DNA of 64,000 nucleotides from Paecilomyces variotii. Its lineage: Eukaryota. The notes under the pieces were generated by a model that saw only the letters and a list, made by a program, of their open reading frames with translations, had not been told where the DNA came from and did no database searches. Shown here in pieces: positions 47,532 through 59,699 of this stretch. The position numbers and the translations under genes were made by a program. The stretch's first letter is position 1. Each line of letters opens with the position of its first letter. Location of the stretch: assembly GCA_004022145.1 (NCBI GenBank), contig RCNU01000002.1; one strand, given 5' to 3'.

Positions 47532-47717
47532 TTTGGCTGGAGATGTGCTTTGGTGGCGGAGAGAGCGCAAGAGTCAGAGAATTATCGATATTCCGCGGGA
47601 AGAAGAACGGATCCGGCACTGTCCGCCCTGCTCAAGCTCAGGCTAGACGCGTCGTGTGGGAAAACGGGATGGTTGGGCGTATTAACTGAGCATTGATGGA
47701 CTGACAGAGAGAGGAGG

Positions 47718-47735
47718 GAGAGAGAGAGAGAGAGA
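47718..47735 (+). repeat. (GA)n microsatellite; a pyrimidine tract on the KGD4 strand, upstream of the gene
   Basis: GAGAGAGAGAGAGAGAGA seen directly. Confidence 0.8.
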
Positions 47736-48726
47736 CAGAAGAGATGGAATGGGATGGGCGATAAGTTAGTTAGTAAAGGCCCGTAGGTAATTCCGCCGTA
47801 GACAACCGCGTGCTGGTCCGACTGGCCCGAAGACGGGACTTGCTCTAAGTAAGTACCTATGGTCCTATCTACACTCGACGAACTAACTATGTCCTTTCTC
47901 TCCCCCGCGGACCCAATTACTGACTCTAGAGTCTAGAGTCTATAGCCCTCTGGATTATTACGCTTTAGAGTATCGACTGCATTCCTGGCAGCGCGGGGGA
48001 TCAATTGCTTGCGCCATCCGGCCTCTCTGCCGCATCATCGTCAAGCTCTCTTGCACGAAGCGCTGCAGTCCTGGTCATTGGAAGAACGTTCGTTGCCTGT
48101 GAAGAGGAACCAGAAAAAAGATCGGATGTGATTACGCCCTAGAGCTCACGCTTGTGATTCTCGTGCTCTCAGAGACGCCTGGGGTCGCATCGGAACCGCT
48201 CACGCTCCAAGTCAGATCACTGTGATCGCTTCAATCCCGCGTTCCGATTATTGTCTTGTGTCTGGTGTCTGTGCCTGTCTGTCTATCTGCGACGGCCCCC
48301 CGCGCGGAGAAGAGCGTTCGATCTTCTCTCCCTCCGTTCCAGGCTTCTCCGCACTCTGCGGGCACCGTGCTGACAGGCCAGTGCTCGCAGCCTATATCAA
48401 AAAATAGAACCCAGTCTTTACCTTAGCTGTCCTCGGTGAGCACCCTGTGGAGGGATCTGGCTACTACTCTTTGCCTCCCTTGGCGCCGTCGCGGCAGGGT
48501 CCTTTGGTCGTTCTTCTCTTGACTAAGAACGGAAAAGAAAATCACAGCATCCCCTTCGGGATTGGGATTCCTGGACACGGTGTGCGCCCGACACCTCAGT
48601 GTTGCTGCCTTTCTACCCATCTGGACTGTGCCGTAGACTTCTCGTGACAGGAATAGACGCCTTCGTGCCGCCTTCTACCTAGTCTTCCAGGACCTCTGGC
48701 GGAGACACAGATACGCCATTATCACG

Positions 48727-49612
48727 ATGCATGAACTGCTTCTGTTCGCGTCCATCCCGGCGCACCAGCACCATGATTTGCTCCAGCAGCTGGCCGGTCT
48801 GACGGCCATGCAGCCCCGTTATCGGCTGGAGAGACGTCTGCTGTTCAAGGCATATCGAAAGCCGGGTTACGTGAACACCCGTATTGGGGGCAGTCAGGAC
48901 CTGCAATCGTCGGAGATGCAGCGCCTGACCAAGATGCTCAATGGCGGCATGTACTACACCCAGGTTGTCGGACCGGTGCACGAAAGCGACTTTGGTTCCA
49001 CCCCTCCGCCATTGATGGGTCCAGATGCCCCGGATCTCGGGCCAGATGGGAAGCAGACGGCCGATCTGGAGTACGACTTTGACGAGCAGCCGTGGAGGCT
49101 CGAGTTCAGGGATATCCCCGAAGCGGGGACACGCTCCGCCGTCACCTCGCGAGTCATGTCCAACGCAACTCTTCCGCGGGGAGATGTGATCCTGCCCATG
49201 AGCGCCTGGGGTTACAGGTCTGTGCACTCTTTTCATACACAGGATCTATACTATTTTTTCCTAGCAGTCTTTAGCTGACCGTCATGCTAGCTTTGTAACC
49301 GAGTATGTTCTGGAAGGGCATGTCTTTGTCTACAACGATATTGTCATCTTCATGCATCGCGTGCTGAACTTCCCCGACGATGGTCAGGACACCAGATCGC
49401 CGAGGCGGCGGCTGCCTCCTCTCAAAGACATGACGCCGCTGGATAAAAGTGGCGGTTATGTGCTCCAGGCCGCCATCACCGTCCAGGACGGTGCCAATCC
49501 GGAGACCATGAAGATGGCGTCGCAGCACCTCTTCGGACTGCGAGAACAGCTCAAATCCGTAGTTCGCTTGGAGCAAGCAGATCGACTGGCACTAGACACG
49601 CGAGTAAAATAG
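48727..49612 (+). CDS. MED18: Mediator subunit Med18 (Srb5)
   Basis: [11 protein letters not shown]…[57 protein letters not shown]. Intron ~49218-49290. Confidence 0.9.
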
Positions 49613-50027
49613 AAAGAAACGGGCTGTTAAACATTTTACATGTACGGTTATGATACCCCATAGCGCGGTGGATATTATTAGTTTTTGCGTCAAAAAAAGA
49701 ATTAAACTCTCTTGATAGAAATTTGTCATGATATTCGTGACATAGTTTAACGAAGAATTACTTTCGTTACACTACGTATCAACAAGAGGTATTATATGGT
49801 TGGCTATCTCCGATCTCAATACAAATCTCACATTGCGGACAACCAATATAGAACATGTGACTTCGTGAAGCTCACCTGCGCGTTCCTCGCGTCAAGCCAC
49901 TCCCGATGCTCGAAGTTCATCGCCCCGTCACCTCAACTTTGAACCGCCCCCGGAGACTTCATCAGTGAGAATTAATTGAGATATTCCTGAACTTCTATTC
50001 ACTATTCTCACCCTCCAAGCCTTCAGA

Positions 50028-52137
50028 ATGGCCGGGGCAGGCAGTATGAAGAGGGCTGCCTCCCCCGCACGTGCGTCCATCTCTCCGCCTCCAGTAAAGC
50101 GAAAGATCGAATCCACGACCACTAGTGAGTTGACTGGATACTTTACAGAGATCTGACTGGAACTACGATTCTAACTAAAGCTTCAGGCAAGACGGTCGCC
50201 TCGTTCTTCACTCCCGCCTCACAAAAGAAACCCGAGAAGATCACCTGGAGGATCCTCAACAACAGCCTCATCATTGGGAGATACTCTACTGATCCGACAG
50301 AAAAACGACTCACGGAACCCGGAACAAGACGGAAGATTGCAGCTTTCGATTTTGTAAGAGTTTACTTTCGTCTCGTCGGTTCAGGGTGCACGTTCACACG
50401 AGCTGATACATTTGATGCAGGACTCTACGTTGATAGCGACGGCATCCGGGAACAGATTCGCTCGCGATGCCAGGGATTGGAAGTGGTGGCATCCTACCGT
50501 TCCTACGAAGATAAAGGAGCTCAATGCTGATGGGTGTGTCTGAGGTGGAAGCTAGATTTATAGCGGGCATGATGTGGACAGACAGGCTAATATCGAACCA
50601 GGTTCCAAGTCGTCGTCGTCTCGAACCAGAAGAAGATTAGTCTGCAAAAGGAGATCAAGGGTGGTCGGAGCGAGTCCAAGAGCCTTACAACATTCAAGGA
50701 GAAGGCCACGGCCGTGATGCGACAACTTGATGTGCCCCTCAGTCTTTACGCAGCTACCCAATATGACGAATACAGGAAACCGCGAATGGGCATGTGGAGG
50801 GAGTTGGTGGAGGATTACGATCTCGACGTCGACGACAGTCTGGACCTCCAGAGTTCTTTCTTCATCGGAGATGCAGCTGGACGACCGGGAGACCACTCCA
50901 GTTGTGACCGGTAGGTGCTGCGGACAGGATGGGAAGTACGAAGCGCAAGCACATACTGACCGATGCTACTCAGGGACTTCGCTGCGAACATCGGGATAAC
51001 ATTCAAGACGCCAGAAGAGTTCTTTCTGGGGAAGTCGCCCGAGCCAGTGTCACGAGCGTTCGACCCTGCAGTGTATATCAAGGAGGAATTAAGTGGTCCT
51101 AGTAAGTTGCATTTCATCCACCTCGGCTCACATGTGTGAAGTCCTATCACTCAGACAGACTTCGTATTTATGTATTCTTCAACGTGCGATCACATGCATA
51201 TGCAGTCGAGCTTACAGCGCGGGCTATAGAACCAGTGACCTTCGAGAAGCGCAACCCGCTCGACCTAGTCATCTTTTGCGGTAGTCCCGGAGCCGGAAAG
51301 TCGACATTCTATTGGAAGTACCTGCAGCCTCTTGGCTACGAGCGCGTGAACCAGGATATTCTTAAGACCGTATGCGTTGATCATTCCCGTCCTTGGTTGC
51401 CATTTCAAAGCTCCTGCTTGCATCTGTTCCATAATTGCGAACTGATCCGGCAGATAGACGTCAAGCTAACTATCCGTACAGCGCCAGAAATGCATCAAGG
51501 TCGCTCAGGAGCATCTTGCTGCTGGAAGATCCGTTGCAGTCGGTATGTAACACTACCTATAGTGCCCTGTATTTTCGATTGGATCCTGCAGCCATTATCG
51601 TCGGTTCGCCCGGTGCTACTACGCTCACCCCGATGTCCAATCCGTGCACCCCACGTTCTCTGTCATGTACATACGGCTGGTAGCTTTCGGGTATCAACAT
51701 CAAGCATAAATCCGCGGGGCGCTAACCACATGCAACTTGCCAGATAACACGAACGCGGACCTGGAGACAAGAGCGTACTGGACTGAGATCGCGCGGCAGC
51801 ATAAGATCCCCATCCGTGTTGTATACTTCACCTCACCGCCCGAGTTGTGCCGACATAACGACGCTGTGCGCGCAGCAAATCGAGATCTGGTATGTAGAAA
51901 CCCGTCGCATTTTGTGTTTTTAGACATGAAGGCCAGCAGAAAGAAGTAAAGCTGATACATTCGGACAAATAGAACCCCGAATCCCGCACACTCCTCCCTG
52001 GCATCGCATTCGGTGATTTCGCCCGTCGCTTCCGACCCCCAGACCTCTCCGAAGGGTTCCAAGACATCACTCGTGTTGATTTCCGCTTTGAAGGTGACGA
52101 GGAAGCGAAAAAGAGATGGCGTCAGTACTGGATCTGA
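50028..52137 (+). CDS. PNK1: Bifunctional polynucleotide 5'-kinase / 3'-phosphatase
   Basis: HAD motif AAFDF|DSTLI, DWKWW, RKPRMGMW, FFIGDAAGR; P-loop GSPGAGKST; VNQDILKT; DNTNAD. Eight introns. Ends QYWI*. Confidence 0.93.
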
Positions 52138-53925
52138 ATATTTTCCTTCACCAGGCGCATTCATCATCTCCATGATTCCACTAATGTCCACGCAAAAGCG
52201 TCGAGAAACAGGATCTCGGCGTAGGAGGGGGTTTCAAGTTGCTGTCCCCATTAATCGGAAGACTTTAATCTCTCAAGAAAAAGAGCTTTAGTCGCATGCA
52301 TGTACCATGTAATATATTATGTGATGAAAAAAGTCATGTCACTCAGTCTGGGACGCCATTCTTTCCCTACGGTATGAAACTGATTCCCATAGAGCACGAA
52401 AGAACTACAACTACGAGTCTCTCTGCTTCATTCAAATCATGAACTGAACTCCTCAATATAACTCCCAGATCTAGGTACCTCATTCCACAACAAAGTCCAG
52501 ACACATGGTGCTTGTTCCATCTATATCCTACCATACCCTACCGTAGTTGTAGTAGATAGTAGAGTAGTAAAACAATGTACATACCATCCCCTTCCCTCCC
52601 TTCCATCCCCAGGTTAGAATCAGATAATACTTGATTAATCAGTACTATCACCGTACGGTATTTGCTTCTTCTACCGATCCAATCACAATCCCCAACACAC
52701 CGACATCCCCAGTCCCCCCCCAAAAAAATAATAATAGAGAGACAAAAAAGATAGAAGACAAGAATAGACAAATAGAAGAGACTAATGGAGAAACCAGTCC
52801 ACGTTCCCTAAAATTATTATTATTAATCATGATCTGAAAACGGACCTGTTCGTATTATTATCCCGACGGGTAGTTAGGTAACTAGGAGTCTAGGATCCTT
52901 CCGCGACGAGAACCGTGGAACACGACATCCGAACACGAGGTATCCGTGAGCCCCGGGGAATGGGAAGCAAGTGAAGGGATGATCCTAGTTTTATGCGTGG
53001 TACCTGAAAGTTTGATCTGTTGTATCTTGACGACTATGTTTGCCGGGGTAGTTACAGCCACTACGTGTTATGTTTGTTATATGATCGTCGCAAGTAATAC
53101 GATTTAGTATATTGATGGATGCTTCCGGTTATCTTCTCAGCTGGGTCTAATTTAACACTGGTGTTGTAAACTAGACTATGATGACTAGAATATAATATAC
53201 ATCCTCGAAACAAAGGATGAGCCAGACAGAGTGAGATATCACGTATGATGATTAACTTAATGTTCAGGTACCAAGGGCTGCCTCGGTCCTTTAGTTGGTG
53301 GCCTCGTCGCCAGAGTACATATGTGAATAGAATGGTACACAATATGACATGGAAACTTTTTTCCTTTCCTGATTTTCCATTTCTCCCGACGCCCAGTCGC
53401 TCAATACAGGGAATGACAAATCTATAGCAGATGCAAGAGAAATGAGATATGGAAAACCGAGTCTGATACTCCAGGTTCCGGGTATAAATGTACAGAAGAA
53501 GCGAACACACAAGAGACCGGGCGTATTGGCGCAGGTTTGTGCGCGAGGCTGTCCGCGGAAGCTGCTTGCGAAAGCTGCTTGTCGGAGACCCGGCTCTTGA
53601 AACAGGCTGGCTGTCAAAGCGATATTCCCTGCTCTGGATGCACTGTAGAAAAATAAGAAGATATAGGGCGCCAGTCAAACAGGAATAAGTTCACAATGGT
53701 TCGAGTACACTGATGACAGAGAGTGTGGGTATAATGAACGTGATTCGTCAAAGGAATGTAACGCGCGTGAGTCGTATCCGCAGCAGGATTAATCGTCATA
53801 ACGGGTCATTATCAACATAGATAGTTGTAAGAGATCATTTGCGTTGAAGCAAGTCTGATGCGCCCAAGGAGCATATGTCAACAGCTGTTGTACATATCGA
53901 CAGCCCTCCAGTTCCACCCAGTCTC

Positions 53926-55539
53926 TTATGACCGGGTGGCGGCGACAGCAGAAGGGTAGGACTTTGCGACAAGATCCTGGAGGAATTTGAAGAACGAGCG
54001 TTTTCGTTGTGACCTCGCTCGTGGAGGTGATGGGCTGCGCACAGCAGGAGCCACGGTCATCGGTCCAACAATCTCCTCATCGCCCAATTCCGGGAACTTC
54101 TCATTATCGTGGAGACGCGGAATCTTGACAGTTTCACACGGATGCAGATTGGACATCGTCAGACCCAGACCTGCGCCGCCGTGGGAATCCAGTTCGGCCA
54201 GCACTGCCTCATGGTTATGTTTCCATTCACGATCGATAGATTCCCACTTCTCCTCCGTGAGTTTGTAGATCTTGGAGGTGACTCCGTAATGTTCGCCGGT
54301 ACGCACCAGGTGCTTTGCGTAGTTGCATCGTGCAACTTCCCAGTCCGCCCGAAGTTGCTGGAAAGATTCCAGGTCGCAAATCTCCGGGATATAGGGCTCA
54401 GGCTGGACAGTGAAGTTAGCATGTCCTAGCTTATGCGCCCACTCGTCATTCGGATCCGCCATGATCAGATCCCCTGACACGGTCCGCATCGTGTTCGTTC
54501 GTGGTCTACTAATGGACACCATAGAAGGCTTGCTCGACAGTGGTGGAGAAGGTAGACTCGCCAGCCGTGAATCCAGAATTGGACTCATTGTCGACTCCTC
54601 CGTCACGTCTGCGACCGACGGCGACTGCAAAGGCGAATGGATAGCCGAGGAATCTTGGTGGTGTGGAGGGCAGCTGCCCATGAAGGGCGGGAGAAGAGGA
54701 GTGGTCGCTTGGGGTTCGCTTTCGTCAATGTTCTGGCAGTTCGCCTTTCCGATATCTATCGGCTGGACACTCGATTGGCTCAATCGCTCCTCAAAATACG
54801 TCCTGGCAGGGGAGGGAGGGTTTTGGGCATCGATTCTCGTTCCGGGACTGATTGCTGGGCTGAAGATGGATGATGCGGCCGAATTTTCTCGCGAGAGAAT
54901 CTTGTCACCGAACAAGTCCTCCGAGACGGTGCCATCAGAACCTTGTCTTCCTTTGAAACGGGCAGAGATGGTCGAGAGGCGCGTGCTGATGCTACGCGAG
55001 AGACCCTTGGGAGACATGCTCTCTGCGCGGCGCTTCTTCGGGGAATGGGGAACATGTGACGCTGTGTCCGTCAGATCATATTCGTCCGGATCAATCGTAG
55101 AGATCTCCTCCGTGTGAGTAGTTGATAGATAGTCGTCGAAGTGTTCTATGTAGAAGCAAGATATCAGTAAACAGGCCCAGAGGGAACTTCCGTGTCTCGA
55201 GGCGCATCACTTACTGAAATAATCATCTTCAAGCTCCCGGCTTTCGCGCTCGATAGGCTCTTCTTGAAGGTCTGTCAATGGCGTTTTCATGGAGCCGGAT
55301 ATAGAGCCGGAACTCTCCATGGACATGCCCATGGCCGGGGACGAGATTGATGAGGACACCGAGCTGGAGAATTTGGTGTGGCCTTTGGCAGAGAAGAGAG
55401 AGACAGCCGGTGACACCGGCGCAGATGTGGTGACGGACAACGAAGATTGCGGCGAAGGATACGCTTGAGAAGAATCGATGTCTGCCTCTGCACCGTAAGA
55501 AGGTCTCTTGGAGTCCAGTAAGTTGCTCAGCTTTAGCAT
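53926..55539 (-). CDS. Conserved Pro/Ser-rich fungal hypothetical protein
   Basis: Exon 1 MLKLSNLLDSKR…PVSPAVSLFS, intron ~55213-55147, exon 2 with QATTPLLPP, PSPPLSSKPS, DEWAHKLGHANFTVQPEPY, HLVRTGEHYGVTSKIYKLTEEKW, KFPELGDEEIVGPM. Confidence 0.82.
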
Positions 55540-58500
55540 ATTGTGCTCTTCACGCGTCGTGGTACAAGATGACGTCTGAAGGTACACGGATGGGGGTGTT
55601 GTCGGTTAATATGAGCGAGACGGGCTCTTCATTATTGTCCCGTGGCTGGATTGACTTGAGGAGCAGCGATCGCAAGATACGTGGCGGTGAATCAGTGCAA
55701 GTAGCCGGTGGGGGGTTTGGAGAATTATCGAGATTGCGGTGTGCAGTTGTCCTGAGAAATCGGGCAGATACAACACCAAAGAACCGCTCTGTCGCACCTT
55801 CCAGACTGTGCAGAGACGGAGGTTTTGTGTTTATTTGGAAGTCCGCGGCCTGTTGGTTTATCGTGTCAGTCTTCGTATGTTTTGGACGTGTAAGAAGCGC
55901 TTGTTGCCCGACTGAGAAAATAGCTCCAATAGCTGCCAGAAGGAACAACCGGAGCACAACGCGAACGGGGTAAAAGGGAAAGGTCAATGAAGGCGCCACA
56001 TGGTACGCCCGGGGGATAATAGTTCACAGGTCGAGCAGTCTAGTGCAAAGACCAAAAAACACGCCAGAGGAAAAAGAAACAAAGCAGGGTTCAAGGGATG
56101 CTGACCAGTGATACCAACACAGCCCTACAGGCTTTGCCAGATCAGGAAGATTCGTGCCCGTACAGCTTGTCCAGCTTGCACGCGAAACAGTCGTGACGCC
56201 CAAAGGGCCGGTTCCGGTCTGCAGGATCAATGCTGGCGCCGTAGTGATGTGATGAGATGAGACGGTCGAGGACAGCAGCTTGTCGTGCTTCCAATAGTAA
56301 CGATGATTCCGATGGCAGGTGGTTGGGAGAGAGACACTGGGAGGAGGTGGAAGATGGTCGAGGTTGACCTGGGCGAAACGAGCGACGGATGAACTGTCCC
56401 CACGACGGGTTACTACGATGAGTAAAGCACAGTCTCTTGGTAAGTTGGTAGACTCTCAGAGCAGATGGAGGCGATTATTATTCCGTGTAGAGGAGAACTT
56501 TTGACAGTTCAGGTTCTTTTTTGCCCCACGTCCAACTGGAGACTGCGATGGAGCTCCCACATTCACAACGCGATCCCACAACGCGGACGAACACCGGAGA
56601 AAAAGGTTATCGGACGCTCTATCTAACTACTAAGTACTAACTCAATTGACTCGGGGCTATGATGCTTGCTAGGAGATCAAGATATCGACGGTGTCTGTCA
56701 TGTTGATCAGACATGCAGTCATAGTTCTTGATACTCTTAAGTTACGACTCTATCGAGCATTTACCGAGATTTTCTATGGCGAGTCCCGAACCACGGGCCA
56801 CCCATCGAACGATGCGAAAAGAAGCAGCGTCCCCGAAAGTCAAACCCAATCGCACGCACTTCGGGTTTCTCATGAACCATGGGCGATTGTCAGAAAACGT
56901 TGCGGAGTCCCGCGGTCGCCCGGATGAGCGTGAGGTCACTGCGTTCGCGCTGCAAAAGTGGTTCGATCCACTCGCTGGTGAAAATTTCTGAGATGGCCAC
57001 AATAACTGAAGCGGTAGTTGGTCCCTGAGCGGCTCCGAACTAGCCACCAGGTCCAAGGATGTCGATGTTGTTCTGGCCCGGGGACGAGCATCGGGGAACT
57101 CGCCAGAACTCAACCAACCCTGTGGGAAGCTTGCTAAAGTCTGAATGAGGAAGTCCCCGAGCAGTGACCGCGCTCTCCAAGGGCAGAAAAGGAAAGGTCT
57201 CTAGGGCTCAGCCGCAATAGTAGCCATGCACGGTATCACAATCATCTGTTGGGATTGCTGGATGTGTATCTTCTATGAGATACGTCAAGCAAACTTCGCC
57301 AGTTCTGCTCAGCCTCCGGAGATGGAGTCCGCTGGTTGCAAGAAGCTCATCCTCAGCAGGGCTCAAGCACACGACGATCTCGCCATGTCCGGAAGTACTG
57401 ACCGTTTCATAGAAAAGACAAGGACAGAAAGAAAAACGAGCCCTCATGGCTTGTCGTCGGGGATTGGCTATTGGCGTCAGCGGCGCCTGCAAGGACGGGT
57501 GTCAAAAATTCATGCTTTGCCCACCCAGTCAGAGTCTCAATTCGAGGAATAATGCAAGAAAAGGCGGCCCAGGCACCGATCCGACTCGTTTTCTCCCGAT
57601 TCTCGGCCTATAATCCCGGCTTACTGGTCAATTCCTCAGGAGTCAGGACAAGATGGTTGGTCTGATTTCCAATATCTCCATCAGCACGTCCCGTGTTTGT
57701 ATGCACAACAACCATGATAATAATACGTAACGGTGGTGGTTGGAAGCAATAATGTATTATTGACCTCTGACTGACCTCATCAATGTGGTCAATGCCGTAC
57801 TTGCAAGGTGGGTGAGCGCGACGAAAATCAAATTGCTCGTGTGCTCCTGGGGCATCTGTGCTCCATTGAAGCTTCGACCGGGTGACGATCGCTGTCGTTC
57901 TTGACCAAGTTATGACTGAGCGTACTCCGTAGAGTAACTACTATTGCTTGTTTGTCCGCGCTATGGTACTTGGACCCGGAGGTTTTTTCAACAAACAGAC
58001 AAGGAATGGTTACAGCATACTCTTCTTGACCAGATCCCGCGAGTAAGGGCTATGGAAGCCATTGGGGGTAGCAATCAATTCAGCATTGCTTGCCGAGCAT
58101 CTCACTAGAGGCTGGCCCAGATCCGTTCTCCTTCCATTATTATTAATATTGGAGATATCCAGCTTAACACAGCTTCCACCGAGGTTGAGTAATAATAGAG
58201 TGTTGATTGTTTGTTGGCCAGCTTCCTCGGGCTTGACGTGATGCAAGGTACGCAACAGTACTGTGTTCTGCTGAAGACAGCCAAGCCCGATCTGGTGTCT
58301 GCAGTGAACATCCTTTCTTTCTTCAGCTTGTCCGAGCTTCTGGATCCGATTCCCTTGGTCCACCAATATGGAACGAAACTCTTTTCGAGCTAGATACTCT
58401 ATCGAACAGACGAAGGGAAGACGTCAGATCCACATGGCCAGCACCATTCAGTTGGGACGCCAGTTCCCGTGTTGCTCTCCCGGGTGCCCGAGGGAAAGGT

Positions 58501-59134
58501 GCTGCGGAGTGCGGACACATTTCGGCCGACTGCGAGCCAAGTATATTCTCTGTTCTTCCACGGTTCTGCTGTGCCAAACTCTCGATGCGTTGCCGTCCTG
58601 ACTCCTGAGCAGCCGAATCGATGGCTCCGGTCAAGTACCAGTACCATAGTGTAGCTGTTTTTTGCTTAGCGCACTTGTCCAGAGTTCTTCTATTTCGGGA
58701 TACAGGTCTGCTTGCTTGTGCGTCGAGTATATTATTATATCAAGACTGGCCAATATGCCAAACCAACAATAGTAGTCACCAACAAGAGTGGCAGTGCATG
58801 TCTAAATCTTCTTGTCGAGGGTCGACAACATTAGAAGAATAGTTCCGAAGTGAGCATTTGTTGGTTTGTCTTGCTTGTGGATGGGATGTGCAACAAAGGA
58901 GGATCAAAATCACGTGAATTTGTTGCCCTCAATCCACCCCGCTCATGATCCATGGCGCTGACGAGACGTTTTTTCTCCTGTGGCTTTCAGATGGGAGAAT
59001 ATTGCCCGTATGTGGAAGGTTTGGCGAAACGTCCTTGAAGACAACAATAATAACAATACTACTGACATCGAGAATATGTTATTATTTGGCGTTGTTTACT
59101 GAGTACGCTACACAAGCGAAAGCACCGGCCTTCG

Positions 59135-59160
59135 CCACCACCACCACCACCACCACCACC
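59135..59160 (+). repeat. (CCA)n trinucleotide microsatellite
   Basis: About 8 tandem CCA units seen directly. Confidence 0.85.
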
Positions 59161-59699
59161 ACTACGGACCAGGTTGTGGTGGCTTAAAGGTCCTATCTAA
59201 AATTTGGACACTGGCCAATCGAGTATATATGCCACGGGGGCTAGTAGTGTTTAGAGAATGGCCTTTGGTTCTAATGAAGGCGAAACGCCCTCATTTGGGA
59301 TCGCTGTGCAGACAAATAATATAGTTATGTTGCCCTGGCGAAGTTACCAGAGTTTCAATAATAGACGGAGACGTCTAGTACTGTATATGCGAGATATCAT
59401 CATTGTTAGGGCTTATTGGATACGAAAACATGACAAGTATGTCTCCAAACTTCCAGATTCGGCTGCTGTCTAGTTCCAAGCCGCCAGCAGACAGACGCAT
59501 CTAGGCTTCCTGGAGGCGAAAATGCCTTGAGATGATCACAACCTTTTCAACATATCATTATTCCTTGGCGCGTATGTGTGCCTAGAGCTTTGTGCCAGGA
59601 CCCGCTCCCTTTTGCTATTCCGTATGTCTGTTCCAGGCAGGTTCACATTTATGAGAATGTGCACACAGGGCATACCCAATGCTAGATTTTGTACTACAT

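Noticed and set aside
48396-48425. RNase P/MRP CR-V-like ATAGAACCCAGTCT
   Set aside because: No matching CR-I (GGAA…) partner forming P4 was found upstream.
52321-52384. Box C/D snoRNA-like GTGATGA…CTGA downstream of PNKP
   Set aside because: No terminal stem and no convincing fungal rRNA guide; lies at the probable 3' end of the PNKP transcript.
54410-55117. 235-aa plus-strand ORF, and similar long antisense ORFs such as 8217-8828, 42946-43509 and 45448-46026
   Set aside because: They are antisense shadows of well-supported genes and have no recognisable motifs.
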